Shown in pieces: positions 9,341 through 19,448 of a DNA stretch of 64,000 nt. The notes under the pieces are model-generated. The model had not been told where the DNA came from, made no database searches, and saw only the letters and a list, made by a program, of their open reading frames with translations. The position numbers and the translations under genes are program-made. Every line of letters starts with the position of its first letter. Position 1 is the first letter of the stretch. Source of the DNA: Armatimonadota bacterium (lineage in GTDB: Bacteria; Armatimonadota; SYMT01); NCBI GenBank assembly GCA_041690135.1, contig JAWLHY010000005.1, positions 211,161 to 275,160 of the forward strand, read 5' to 3'.

Positions 9341-10369
9341 TTACGAGATCCGAATCACGTACTTGATGACCTCGGTGTCCTTGACGTGGCGGAAGGCTTC
9401 GGGGGCTTCTTCCAGCGTGATTTCGTGGGTGATGTAGTCGCCCGGGCTGACGATGCCGAGCTTTACGAAGTCCATCATCGACTTGTGGGCGGCGGGTTCG
9501 TCCGGAGCGAGGCAGCCGACCCAGAAGCTGGGCGGCATATAGCGCATGGAGAGCGGGAATTCCTGCAGGTTGTTGATGCCGTAAATGCCCATCTTGCCGT
9601 CCGTCGCCAGGAGCCGGCAGAGCTCAACGTAAAGGGAGGCATCGCCCGTGGCCTCGATAATAAAATCGACGCCGCGCCCGCCGGTGATTTCCAATACTCG
9701 GTCGCGCAGGGAATCGCGGGTGGTATTGATGGTGTGGTCCGCGCCGAACTTGCGGGCCAGCTCCAGGCGCTCATCGCGGCGGCCGACCGAGATTACTTCC
9801 CGTACCCCGTGGAGCTTGGCCATGTGCGTGAAGCCGAGGCCCACGCCGCCGGTCCCCATGACCAGGACCGTGGATTCCCAGCGGACGCCGATGTTCCGCA
9901 GGGCGCTGTAGCACTCCTTGAGGTTGATGAGCACGGGCGCCTCGTAGGGATCGACCCAGTTCGGGATGACCTGCTGCATCGGCCAGTTGAAGTGGACGGG
10001 CATTTCGGGACGGTCCTGCTTGAGGGACTGGTAGTCGGTGACCACGCCGAACTCGGCGAAGCTGCCGAAGAAGCAGCCGAGGCCGGGCACCTCCGCACGC
10101 GGCCGGAAGACGAGGTCCCCCTCCTTGAAGGCGGTGACCTTCTTGCCGACCTTCACCACCTCGCCCACGCCTTCGTGGCCAAGGATGCCGGGGTACTGCT
10201 GGCCGTCCAGCCAGTCCATCGGGAACCGGCCGGTGAGGATCTGGGAGTCGGTGCTGTTGCAGATGGACGCCGCGCGGATGCGGACCAGCGCCTGGTAATC
10301 GTTGATCTCGGGCTCGGCGACGTTCTCGACGGTCGCCTTCCCCGGCTCGGGAACAATCAAGGCTTTCAT
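9341..10369 (-). CDS. Zinc-binding (MDR family) alcohol/sugar dehydrogenase
   Basis: ICNSTD, GHEGVGEV, GTGGVG Rossmann motif. Confidence 0.85.
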   Translation of the reverse strand: MKALIVPEPGKATVENVAEPEINDYQALVRIRAASICNSTDSQILTGRFPMDWLDGQQYPGILGHEGVGEVVKVGKKVTAFKEGDLVFRPRAEVPGLGCFFGSFAEFGVVTDYQSLKQDRPEMPVHFNWPMQQVIPNWVDPYEAPVLINLKECYSALRNIGVRWESTVLVMGTGGVGLGFTHMAKLHGVREVISVGRRDERLELARKFGADHTINTTRDSLRDRVLEITGGRGVDFIIEATGDASLYVELCRLLATDGKMGIYGINNLQEFPLSMRYMPPSFWVGCLAPDEPAAHKSMMDFVKLGIVSPGDYITHEITLEEAPEAFRHVKDTEVIKYVIRIS

Positions 10370-10475
10370 AGCGGGTGTCTCGTGAAAATCGGGGGCCTTC
10401 CAGGCCGTGTGTCAATTGGCGGGTGGGGGGTGCTAATTCCTGCCGGGTCTGCCAGGGATGGGTTCGGAAGGGGAG

Positions 10476-10815
10476 CCACAGATTTCACAGATTGGGAGGG
10501 ATTGGGGACGGGAGTTGCCCACAGAAGGACGCGGAAGGGCGCGGAAAGGGGCGGACAGGGAGTCCACAGATGACGCAGCTCTACAGCCCGTATGGGATGG
10601 AAAAGATGAACGGAAAGGAGTAGCCCGCGAAGAGACTCGGATGGGAACACGGGGGAGAGTCCACAGATGACGCAGATGGACGCAGATGGAAGAGATAAAG
10701 GGAAGTGATGGCCCGCGCCCATACGGGTTCAGGGAGAAGATGTGGAAGGGCGCGGTGAGGGACAGTCCGCAGACGGTGCAGCCCTATAGCCCGTACAAGA
10801 TGGGAAAGATGGGGT
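10476..10815. repeat. Degenerate purine-rich array of CCACAGA/CGCAGATGGA-type units
   Basis: GAGTCCACAGATGACGCAG occurs twice; CC(A/G)CAGA at 10476, 10519, 10564, 10661, 10767; two AGCCCGTA..GATGG.AAAGATG blocks. Confidence 0.7.
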
Positions 10816-10954
10816 GTGGCCCTTACAGATCTGCTCAATTCCGCGGTACTGCAGGGAAATGGGAAATCCCCTCGCCGAGCCCCACCCGAATCCGCTCTGT
10901 TTTGGGTAGACGCCCGGCGAAGGGAGTTCCGCTTACCGGTATGGGTGTCCGCGT

Positions 10955-13900
10955 TTAGCGCCGACGGCGGCGCTTGCCGTGGGGGGTGAGGATGCCGGCT
11001 TCGTTGCTGTAGCCGGAGGCGGCGCCGGACTTGCCGGAGGCGCGGACGCGGTAGATGTAGTTCTGTCCGGCGGCCAGGCGGGTGTCCAGGTAGGCCCTCA
11101 CGTTTTTGCGGACGTTGCCGACTACCTGGAAGCTGCCGTTCCCGATCTTCCGTTCGATCTGGAAGCCGGTTTCGCCGTTGCTGTTGTCTTTCCAGCGCAG
11201 GCGGGCACGACCGCCCGAGAGGACCGTCACCGTGAGTTCGGATGGTGATTCGAGGCTGTAGGTGGTGCCGGTGGTCGTGACCCGGCCCGAGTCGCCACCG
11301 CGGTTGAAGGCTTCGATCTGGTAAACGTAGGTCGTGCTCGTATCCAGACCGGTATCTTCGTGGCTCATGACGTTGGGGGCCAGGGTCGCTATAAGCTGAA
11401 GCCCGGGCACTCCGGTCCGCCCCCGAAAGAGGCGGAATCCTTCCTCGTTGTTGCTGTTGTCGGTCCAGGTGAGGCGAATGGAGGTTGTAGAGACCGGGGT
11501 GGCGGTGAATGCCGAGGGGTCCGCCGGCGCGAACGGCGGGGTGGAGGCGGCCACCCGGCTCGAGTAAGCGGAGGCTCCGGCGGCGTTCACCGCCCGGACG
11601 CGGTAGGTGTAGGTGGAGTCCGGTTGGACGGCCGTATCAGTGAAGGCCTCAGTGTTCGCTGAAGGAGTGCCGATGCGGGTGAAGGAGTACGGACCGGCGA
11701 TGCCACCCGTTTTGCGCTCGATTTCGAATCCCGTTTCCGTGCTGCTGTTGTCGGACCAGGTGAGATGGACCAGATTCGGCGCCATCGCGGCGACCTGCAG
11801 ATCATTCGGAGCCGCGGGAAGATTGGGAAAGGTCTCCCCTATCGTGTCCCCCGCGTAGCTGGAATTCCCGCCGGCATTGTAGGCCTGTACCCGGTAGATG
11901 TAGAGCGTGGCCGGCCGCAGCCCGCGATCGAGGTACGTGGTGACACCGGCACCCACCACCGCCACCGAGTGAAAGGCAGTGGCCGGTGCGAAGGGATCAT
12001 CTTTGCGGACGATACGGAACCCGGCTTCTCCCGTGCTGCGGTCGGTCCAGGTGAGGCGAATCTCCGTTGGTGAGACTCCTTCCGCTGTTAACTCACCGGG
12101 CGCTTCGGGCACGGGAGGCTGCGTGGTCGCCGCAACGCGATTGGTGTAGGGAGAGCGCCCGCCGGTATTGAAAGCGGCGACTCGGTAGGTGTAGGTGGTG
12201 TTCGGGTCCAGGTCGGAGTCGCTAGTGGATTCGAAATCCGGCGGAAGTGTGCGCAGGAGCGTGAACGGTTCATTTCCGCGGCTCCGTTCCACCTCAAAGC
12301 CGGTCTCGGTATCGCTATTGTCACTCCACGTGAGGCGGATGCGCGTCTGGGAATCTGCCGTTGCCCGAAGATCATTCGGGGTCAAAGGCGGTAGCGGGAG
12401 GGTAGTGACACACACGGGGCCGGCTTCGGGCGAATCGCCGCCGGCGTTGACGGCCCGCAGCCGATAAGCGTACTCCGTTCCGGGCGCCAAACCAGAATCC
12501 AGGTAGTGTTCAGCGCCAGTCTCGACCAGGGCGATCTGCTGGAAGGACTCATTCGCTCGGCGCCGCTCAATCCGGAATCCGGATTCGTTGGAACTGCGGT
12601 CGACCCAATGAAGGCGGACTTCCCAACTGGTGAGTGGAAACGCGCGCAGTTCTCCAGGGGCAAGCGGCGGAAGGGGCAAGGTGCGGGCGGCGGCTCGGTT
12701 GGAATAAGGCGAAGGACCGCCTCCGTTGAGAGCACGGAGACGATAGCTGTATTCAGTGTCGGGGATGAGGTTCTCGTCGAGGAAAGCATTAGCCGTGGGC
12801 GGCAGGGTGCGATAGGGTGCAAACCCGGCGGCGGCGATCCGGCGTTCCAGGACGAGAGAGGTGACCCCGGTTTCGGAGTTGCTCCAGGAAAGTGCGAGAC
12901 TGCTCAGCGAGAGTACGGTGGCGGTGAGATCCGAGGGTGCAGCCGGCGGCAGGGGAAGCGTGGAGACGTCCAGTGAGGGCGAGTATGGGGACGGTCCGGA
13001 AGGTCCCAGTGCCCGAACACGATAGGTGTAGGCAGTACCCGGCTCGAGCCCCGAATCGCGGTACTGCGTGCCGTCGGCAACGACCAGACCTATGCGGGAG
13101 AAGCTACCCACGGCGCCAGGGCGGCGCTCAACCTCGAACCCGGATTCAATTGCGCTGGAGCCCACCCAGGTCAGCGTCAGGGCTGTCTGGGTGACGTCGG
13201 ATGCCGCCAAGTCCGTGGGGGCCGCGGGCGGAGGCGAGAGGGTTGCCGTCGAAGCCGGGCTGGATGGAGCGGATTCTCCCCCGCTGTTGAAGGCGAGCAG
13301 GCGGTAGGTGTAGGTGGCGCCGGGCGTGAGCCCCAGGTCGGCAAAGTGAGTGTGGCCGGCACCGACCGTACCTGCTTCCGTATAGGGTGACAGGCTGCCG
13401 GTGTCCCCTTCCTTCCGCTCGATGCGGAAGCCGGACTCATTGCTACTCCGGTCGCGCCAGGCGAGGTCGATGCGAGTCGTGGAGACCGCTGTTGCTTCGA
13501 ACGCATCCGGGGCCGTGGGCGGATCGGGAAGCGTGGAGGCTCGTGCGATCGGCGTGTAAGGGCTGCTCCCCATAGCCCCGCGTGCCCGAACCCGGTAGTG
13601 GTACGCGGTTCCGGAAGCGAGACCGGCGCCATCGTTGTCATCGGAAAAGGTAGCGGTATCCGGCGGCAGGATCTCCACGTCGGTAAAGCTTTCACCGTCG
13701 AGGGAACGTTGAAGCTGGAAGTCGAGTTCATCGGTGCTCTGGTCGATCCAGGTAAGCCGTACGGCGCTCTTTGACAGGGCGCGGGCTGTCAGGCCGGAGG
13801 GCGCCGCCGGGCCAATCGCGGGGCCGGCCGGCGTGGTCGCATTGGCCGGACCTCCGAACACGGAGGCTCCCCCTCCGTTGTAAGCCCGCACCTGGTAGCC

Positions 13901-15310
13901 GTACGTCGTGCTTGCCACGAGGCCGGTATCGAGGTAGCTGGTTGCCTCGGCAGGAACGGCGGCTATTATGCCAAATACGCCCTGGGGACCGGTCTTCCGC
14001 CAGATCTCAAAACCATCTTCGTTCATTGCCGGGTCGGTCCAGTTGACCCGCATTTCGTGGGCCGATTGCGGCTGCGCGGTTACGTCGCGCGGTGCTGGGG
14101 GCGGCATTGGGACGAAGAAGGCTTCTCCCGACAGAATTGAGCGCTCCGGACGGCCCACAATGCCCCATACGCCATCGGTAGCCACGCTCGTCCCGAACCC
14201 GCCACCGCCGGTAATGTCGGAAGGGCGTAGTTGACTGACCTCACGCCACACGCCGCCTTCCCACCGGAAGACATAAGCGGCGCCCACGTCACCTTGCCCA
14301 CGCGCGCCCACGATGGCGACGCCGTTGGTAATACTTACCCTTCCGCCAAAGGCTCCCTGGGAACGGAGGTCCGAAGCCACCAACCTGGTTTCGAAGACCC
14401 AGGCGTCCCCCTGACGCCGATAGACATAGGCGGCGCCGCTCCGAAAGGTACCGAATGCGCCGTGTCCGGGAGCCCCGACGATGATCGACTGACCATCCGT
14501 AGCGACGGACGCGCCGAAGCTATCGCTCGTAACGCCGTCCGGAGCCAGTAACCGGGCCTGCTCACTCCAGCCGCCACCGGAATTGACGAAGACAAACGCT
14601 GCTCCGGCATACTCTTCCGCTGCTCCATGGGCACCACGGGCGCCAATCACCACGACATCGTCCTCGGCAGATATGGCCGTGCCAAACTGATCAGAGGTGG
14701 AGTGATGCACGGGCTGCAGTGAACCCTGGGGGAACCATGTCGTTCCCTGCCGCAGGTAAACGTCGACTCGACCGTGGCTGGGTGTCGATAGCTCGCGCCC
14801 GGCGAAGAGATGATCGCCCTCTACAGCCACTCCCGTGCCCAAGCGACTGGTCTTGTCAGACAGTATCAGTCGTGCTTGTTGCGACCAGTTGCCGAACTGC
14901 CTCGTGAAGACATACACGGCCCCGATGTGGTTCGATCCGGGCGGTGAGTCCAGTGGAGCAGCTACCGCAAGTGTGTTGTCGCTGATATCCAACTGTGACG
15001 CGAACTCGGCGGAGTACGGATGATCGGCCTTCCTGAGTTTCGCCTGTTGAACCCACTGGTTGTTGTGGCGGATGTAGACGTACGCCGCAGCATCGCCTGA
15101 ACCATCGGGCCAATTTGCCGACGACGTTCCAACTGCCACAGTGTCGCCTGCAATGGCAACGCATCGGCCGAAGTTGCCGGTATCAAGGTCGGGACGTTGA
15201 ACGGGAGGCGGCAGCATCACGATGGTACTTGTCGTCTGCGGGATTGCGACCGATGGTAGGATCCCTACAAGGAGCAACAAGAGTGTAAGGAAAGTACGGT
15301 ATGAGGACAT
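10955..15310 (-). CDS. Large secreted protein: FG-GAP (integrin-like) propeller plus about 11 fibronectin type III domains
   Basis: Signal peptide; repeats FG.SVA.DG..IIVGAP...GAAYV; repeats L.W.D.S.NE.GF.IER...Y.YRVRA.N.GG.S. Confidence 0.88.
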   Translation of the reverse strand: MSSYRTFLTLLLLLVGILPSVAIPQTTSTIVMLPPPVQRPDLDTGNFGRCVAIAGDTVAVGTSSANWPDGSGDAAAYVYIRHNNQWVQQAKLRKADHPYSAEFASQLDISDNTLAVAAPLDSPPGSNHIGAVYVFTRQFGNWSQQARLILSDKTSRLGTGVAVEGDHLFAGRELSTPSHGRVDVYLRQGTTWFPQGSLQPVHHSTSDQFGTAISAEDDVVVIGARGAHGAAEEYAGAAFVFVNSGGGWSEQARLLAPDGVTSDSFGASVATDGQSIIVGAPGHGAFGTFRSGAAYVYRRQGDAWVFETRLVASDLRSQGAFGGRVSITNGVAIVGARGQGDVGAAYVFRWEGGVWREVSQLRPSDITGGGGFGTSVATDGVWGIVGRPERSILSGEAFFVPMPPPAPRDVTAQPQSAHEMRVNWTDPAMNEDGFEIWRKTGPQGVFGIIAAVPAEATSYLDTGLVASTTYGYQVRAYNGGGASVFGGPANATTPAGPAIGPAAPSGLTARALSKSAVRLTWIDQSTDELDFQLQRSLDGESFTDVEILPPDTATFSDDNDGAGLASGTAYHYRVRARGAMGSSPYTPIARASTLPDPPTAPDAFEATAVSTTRIDLAWRDRSSNESGFRIERKEGDTGSLSPYTEAGTVGAGHTHFADLGLTPGATYTYRLLAFNSGGESAPSSPASTATLSPPPAAPTDLAASDVTQTALTLTWVGSSAIESGFEVERRPGAVGSFSRIGLVVADGTQYRDSGLEPGTAYTYRVRALGPSGPSPYSPSLDVSTLPLPPAAPSDLTATVLSLSSLALSWSNSETGVTSLVLERRIAAAGFAPYRTLPPTANAFLDENLIPDTEYSYRLRALNGGGPSPYSNRAAARTLPLPPLAPGELRAFPLTSWEVRLHWVDRSSNESGFRIERRRANESFQQIALVETGAEHYLDSGLAPGTEYAYRLRAVNAGGDSPEAGPVCVTTLPLPPLTPNDLRATADSQTRIRLTWSDNSDTETGFEVERSRGNEPFTLLRTLPPDFESTSDSDLDPNTTYTYRVAAFNTGGRSPYTNRVAATTQPPVPEAPGELTAEGVSPTEIRLTWTDRSTGEAGFRIVRKDDPFAPATAFHSVAVVGAGVTTYLDRGLRPATLYIYRVQAYNAGGNSSYAGDTIGETFPNLPAAPNDLQVAAMAPNLVHLTWSDNSSTETGFEIERKTGGIAGPYSFTRIGTPSANTEAFTDTAVQPDSTYTYRVRAVNAAGASAYSSRVAASTPPFAPADPSAFTATPVSTTSIRLTWTDNSNNEEGFRLFRGRTGVPGLQLIATLAPNVMSHEDTGLDTSTTYVYQIEAFNRGGDSGRVTTTGTTYSLESPSELTVTVLSGGRARLRWKDNSNGETGFQIERKIGNGSFQVVGNVRKNVRAYLDTRLAAGQNYIYRVRASGKSGAASGYSNEAGILTPHGKRRRRR

Positions 15311-15537
15311 CAGGGTCTACTCCGGCTGGCCAGGCAATCAGTAGGGTAACAGCCTCTTCGGTAAGCAGGCTTATAGATCCTTGCCCTGCAGGCGTAAAGC
15401 GCGAGATTGCTTTGGATTTGCCACGACGGAAATTGGGTGGCACACCGAGTCAGGGTGAGGATCCGTGGGATCGACTTTTTGCGCGGGGGGTTGGCGGGTA
15501 GATTGGGAATTGAGTGGCGAGATTGGGAGGAGAGACT

Positions 15538-16728
15538 ATGGAGCGGAACTCGGGCTGGGTGTGGCTCTTCGGCGCCGCGACCGGCGTGGCCGCGATGTAT
15601 TACCTGGACCCACGGTCCGGGAGGCGCCGGCGCGCGATGCTGCGGGATAAGTTCGTACACGTGAGGCATGTCGCGGACGAGACGGTGGACCGGCTTTCGA
15701 CGGAGGCGAGCAACCGGACAAAGGGCGCCGTGGCCCGGACGCAGCGCAGGATTCTGCCGGAAGGCCCCGTGGAGGACGAGCGGCTGCAGGCGAGGGTCCG
15801 CTCCGCGCTGGGCAGGCTCACCAGGCACCCGCGCGCGATCGAGGTGGAGGCGCACGAGGGGTTCGTCACGCTGAAGGGCGAGATCCTGGCCGAGGAATTG
15901 GGGGACGTGATCACCGGAACCCGCCGGGTGCTGGGGGTGAAGCACGTGGAGAGCCTGCTGAATGCGGTCCACGATCCTTCCGGGGTGCCGTCGCTCCAGG
16001 GAGGGCGGAGCCGAGAGCGAGATTTACCGGAACAGCCGCAGGGCCAACTATCGCCGACCGGACGCGCGGTCGTGGGGGCGGTCGGCGGACTGCTGGCGTG
16101 GTGGGGTGTGAACCAGGGCGGGGCGCGGGGCGCCGGGACGGCCCTGGTGGGCGGCTTGTTGCTGGCGCGGGCGGCCACGAACGTGGAGCCGACGCGGCTG
16201 GTGACCGGCCGCCAGTCTACGACCGTGCAGAAGACGGTCGAGATCCTGGCCCCCATCGACGAGGTGTTCGCCTACTGGAGCAACTTCCGGAACTTCCCGC
16301 AGTTCATGCAGCACCTGCGCGAGGTGCGCGAGAGCGATGGGGGCATCTCCCAGTGGGTGGCGGACGGCCCGGCCGGGGTCGCCGTTTCGTGGGAAGCGGA
16401 GATCACCTCTCTCCAGCCACACCGGCGGATCGCCTGGCGCAGCCTGCCGGGGTCGACGATTCAGAATGTCGGCGAGGTGCGGTTCGAGCGAGTGGACGAC
16501 CGCCACACGCGACTCCACGTGCGCATGACTTACAACCCGCCGGCGGGGGCGTTGGGTCACGTGGTGGCGACCCTCTTCGGCGCGGATCCGGGGCGGCAGT
16601 TAGACGAGGACCTGGCCCGATTCAAGGCACTGCTGGAGGACGGCAGCGTGCAGGTGCACGGTCAGGAAGTGGCCCGGCAGGACGTGCAGCCGGACCAGGG
16701 CGGGGTACTGGGCGAATCGCAAACGTGA
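15538..16728 (+). CDS. BON domain plus SRPBCC (cyclase/dehydrase) protein
   Basis: MYYLDPRSGRRRRA N-terminus; BON-like IEVEAHEGFVTLKG; SRPBCC WSNFRNFPQFMQHL...WEAEIT...IAWRS. Confidence 0.85.
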   Translation: MERNSGWVWLFGAATGVAAMYYLDPRSGRRRRAMLRDKFVHVRHVADETVDRLSTEASNRTKGAVARTQRRILPEGPVEDERLQARVRSALGRLTRHPRAIEVEAHEGFVTLKGEILAEELGDVITGTRRVLGVKHVESLLNAVHDPSGVPSLQGGRSRERDLPEQPQGQLSPTGRAVVGAVGGLLAWWGVNQGGARGAGTALVGGLLLARAATNVEPTRLVTGRQSTTVQKTVEILAPIDEVFAYWSNFRNFPQFMQHLREVRESDGGISQWVADGPAGVAVSWEAEITSLQPHRRIAWRSLPGSTIQNVGEVRFERVDDRHTRLHVRMTYNPPAGALGHVVATLFGADPGRQLDEDLARFKALLEDGSVQVHGQEVARQDVQPDQGGVLGESQT

Positions 16729-16825
16729 GGCTGAGGATCCGGAGTTGGTGCTTCGGCCCGGAGCGGGGCTTGGGGCGTAGCGGCGTGAATGGACCGCTGG
16801 CTGGACGTGAAACGTGAGACGTGAG

Positions 16826-16860
16826 GCTGGGGATCAGGAAGTGAATTCCTGATCCCCAGC
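16826..16860 (+). terminator. Perfect 15-bp hairpin, probable terminator
   Basis: GCTGGGGATCAGGAA-gtgaa-TTCCTGATCCCCAGC followed by gtttgtt; preceded by heptamers gacgtga aacgtga gacgtga. Confidence 0.7.
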
Positions 16861-16941
16861 GTTTGTTGTCGATAGGGTCTTGGACCTGTAGAGGCAGAGG
16901 CTGGCTGCCGCCTCCGAGTGACTCAGCTGCCCAGCGACTGG

Positions 16942-17587
16942 TTATTCGGGAAGCCAATCTGGCTTAGGTTGATGACTGGAGTCGAGTTCGCTGGCATCGT
17001 AGAGGGCTTCGCCGTCGCGGATGACGGAGTTGCTTTGTTAGGGAATCATCTCCAGGAGCAGTCGGAGGATGGTGGTGGCTAACCGGACGCGGTGCCTGGT
17101 GGTCTCCGCGCCGAGGATGCGGCGGCCACGCCAGTACCAGTCGCGCGTTTCCCGGGCGGAGCCCAGCGCCTACTCGTAGAATCGAGCCCGATCGCGCCCG
17201 GTTCCGCGCAGGGCGGTTCAGTTTTCGTGGAAGCTGGGCTCTGCCGCCCTCCAGGGCTCGTTCTGTGGGCGCTCTGGATCCGGGGGTTCGCACACCCGGC
17301 TAATTCCCGGTCGCCCCTCCGGGGCTGCGAAGTGGCATTCGCCGAAAACTGAACCGCCCTGCGGTTCCGCGGGAGTAACCTTCCGAAATGTTGGCGTGGA
17401 TGGAACCGGCCGCGCGGTAGAGCTGGTCTGCCACTCGCGGAGTTCGCCGGTCGCCCATCAGAAGGGTGACATCTTCCCAGGCGAGGTCTCCCAGGTAGAG
17501 CGCGTACCGATAGGCGGCCACCTTCCAAACGGAATCCGCCGTAATCTCGGCGGGCACCGTGGACAGCCACTCCTGGTAGCTCATCAT
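16942..17587 (-). pseudogene. Four-helix-bundle protein (IVP/bAvd-like) pseudogene
   Basis: VWKVAAY...DQLYRAAGSIHANISEGYSRGT is interrupted by a MITE and resumes as GRDRARFYE*ALGSARETRDWY...MIP*Q. Nonsense codons at 17170-17172 and 17038-17040. Confidence 0.88.
17209..17361. mobile_element. 153-bp MITE with ISAs1-like ends
   Basis: 19-bp perfect TIR CAGGGCGGTTCAGTTTTCG / CGAAAACTGAACCGCCCTG; 10-bp TSD CGGTTCCGCG at 17199-17208 and 17362-17371. Confidence 0.92.
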
Positions 17588-17614
17588 CGTCGCCTCCGAA
17601 TTGGGCGTTCATTA

Positions 17615-17735
17615 CCCGGTGTCTCCAAGCTATCGCGGCCTAGGTCTGACGCCTGGGCTGCGCAAGAGCCCGGACTTGGCATGGTGCTGAAATCCATCAA
17701 CTGGTTTGTTGCCGAGATATCTCTCGGACTCCGGG
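17615..17735. repeat. Dispersed inverted-repeat element, copy 1 (homolog at 30864-30988)
   Basis: 17711-17733 GCCGAGATATCTCTCGGACTCCG is the exact reverse complement of 30864-30886; weaker similarity extends about 100 bp. Confidence 0.65.
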
Positions 17736-17855
17736 CAGGGTGCAGGCTTGTTTGCGGTTTGGCTCCGACTTGCCTTTTGGCCGCCAGTTCGGTTCCACTT
17801 CGTTGTGGGTTCAAGTTTGTTTACGGTGCTACACCAGCCTGACATGGCTCCGCCG

Positions 17856-18812
17856 TCAGTTCGGACTTACTCCCGCGACGTTCGTCCGGATGCGGTAGAC
17901 CGAACCGCCGCCGGTGATGTAGAGCGTGCGCATGTCCGGGCCGCCGAAGGTGCAGTTGGTGGCGGTTTCGGGGGTGCGGATGAAGGTGACGAGTTTACCT
18001 TCGGGGGAGATCACGTAGACGCCCGTTTTCTCTTCCAGGCCGCCCGTGGCGTAGATATTCCCCTTCACATCCAGCGCCATGCCGTCGATGCCGCGGCCGG
18101 GGGCGAGATCGTAGAGCACCTTGCGCCGGGTGCCCTTGCCGTTGCGGAGGTCATAGGCAATGAGGGTGCGGGCTCCCCCATCGGCCGGGTTGTTGTCGGC
18201 GACGTAGAGGGTGCGGTTGTCTGGAGTGATCAGGATGCCGTTGGGGGTCTGCACATCGTCGATGACGCGCGTGAGGGTGCCGTCGGTCTCAATGCGGTAG
18301 ATCGCCTGCTTGTCCTGCTCGAGGTCGGTCAGGGGACCGTAGCGCGGGTCCGTGAAGTAAATGCGGCCCTCGCGGTCGATGGCCAGGTCGTTCGGGCTGT
18401 TCAGCTTCTTGCCGCGGTAGCGGTCGGCCAACACGGTGACGGTGCCGTCCTTCTCGTAGCGGGTGACGGTGCGGCCGTCCGGCGCAAGCTGGCTGTTGCA
18501 GGTGATGAGACGTCCCTGGCGGTCGAACATCATCCCGTTCGCCCCGCGGGAGCCCTGCTTCCAGACCCGCGGCGCGCCCTCCGTGGTGTAGACCAGGATC
18601 CGGTTGCGTGGCGAGTCGGAGAAGTAGACGTTCCCTGCGGCGTCCACGGCCGGACCCTCGGTGAACTGGCAGCCCTGGACGATGCGCTCCATCCGGGCAT
18701 CGGGGGAGACGATGGCGGTCTCCGCGGCGACGGTGGGAGCGGTCGCGGCGGCGTTCAGCAACACGGCGGCCACGGGAAGCAGGCCGATCAGGGTGAGAGC
18801 GAATGTGCGCAA
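17856..18812 (-). CDS. Secreted SMP-30/gluconolactonase family protein
   Basis: FTEGP, LNSPNDL, PNGI, IDGM motifs; signal peptide; probable TTG start after GGAGG. Confidence 0.88.
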   Translation of the reverse strand: MRTFALTLIGLLPVAAVLLNAAATAPTVAAETAIVSPDARMERIVQGCQFTEGPAVDAAGNVYFSDSPRNRILVYTTEGAPRVWKQGSRGANGMMFDRQGRLITCNSQLAPDGRTVTRYEKDGTVTVLADRYRGKKLNSPNDLAIDREGRIYFTDPRYGPLTDLEQDKQAIYRIETDGTLTRVIDDVQTPNGILITPDNRTLYVADNNPADGGARTLIAYDLRNGKGTRRKVLYDLAPGRGIDGMALDVKGNIYATGGLEEKTGVYVISPEGKLVTFIRTPETATNCTFGGPDMRTLYITGGGSVYRIRTNVAGVSPN

Positions 18813-18971
18813 CGAAGAGTCCTCCAGGACTCTGTTGTTAGCGGTCGAGGCGGAGGGGACCTGCAATCGAGGTCAGGTGTTCGGGTGTTCGGGTAGTCGG
18901 GTGCCAGTTGGTGGGGCCGTGGACGGATGGGAAACGGTTGGGCTCGTGTCATCCGGCCCCGCCTTCATCCG

Positions 18972-19448
18972 TCATCGTTCCCTGGTTCCTCCGGGTGGAA
19001 GGGTTTCGATGACGGAGCGAGCCCAGGCGGCGACGCGCTCCACGTAGCCCTCGACGCCGCCATTGAGAATGTCCGCCACGGTGACTGGCCACTCGGTAAC
19101 CGCCCATCGGACCACGGGATCACCGGGCCGTCGGGTAATCCGCGTGGGGCCATCCGTGGCGCGCCGGATACGCTTGCGTAACTCGGGCAGCGTCACACGA
19201 TCGGCCAGTATGTCCCCCACGTTCTGCCGCAGGTCGTGCAGGGCCCCGGCCGTGTAGTTCATGCCTTCCGGGTGCTGGAGAACGTAGGAGCTGACAGCGT
19301 AGAAATGCGCAATCTCACCCCTTCCGCCAGCCGTAACAGAGGGGTCCGCCGCCACCTCCTGTTCCAGGACCAGGAGTGCGTGGAAATGGTTAATGCATGG
19401 TGTTTCCGCGGCGAGTGGGGCGCCGCATTCGTGGCATTTAGAATCCAT
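18972..19448 (-). CDS. DUF5946-like hypothetical protein
   Basis: MDSKCHECGA..., H...V..Y.LQHP motif, W.VTVADI...Y.ERV.AWA; start taken at 19448. Confidence 0.6.
   Translation of the reverse strand: MDSKCHECGAPLAAETPCINHFHALLVLEQEVAADPSVTAGGRGEIAHFYAVSSYVLQHPEGMNYTAGALHDLRQNVGDILADRVTLPELRKRIRRATDGPTRITRRPGDPVVRWAVTEWPVTVADILNGGVEGYVERVAAWARSVIETLPPGGTRER

Noticed and set aside
10476-10815. Possible CRISPR array
   Set aside because: The repeats are degenerate and irregularly spaced, the spacers resemble each other, and no cas genes are present.
17170-17172. TAG readthrough (pyrrolysine) in the four-helix-bundle gene
   Set aside because: The gene also has a TAA and a frameshifting insertion, so pseudogenisation is the simpler explanation.
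16942-17587. Diversity-generating retroelement suggested by the Avd-like four-helix bundle
   Set aside because: There is no reverse transcriptase and no TR/VR pair with adenine-specific mismatches in the window.
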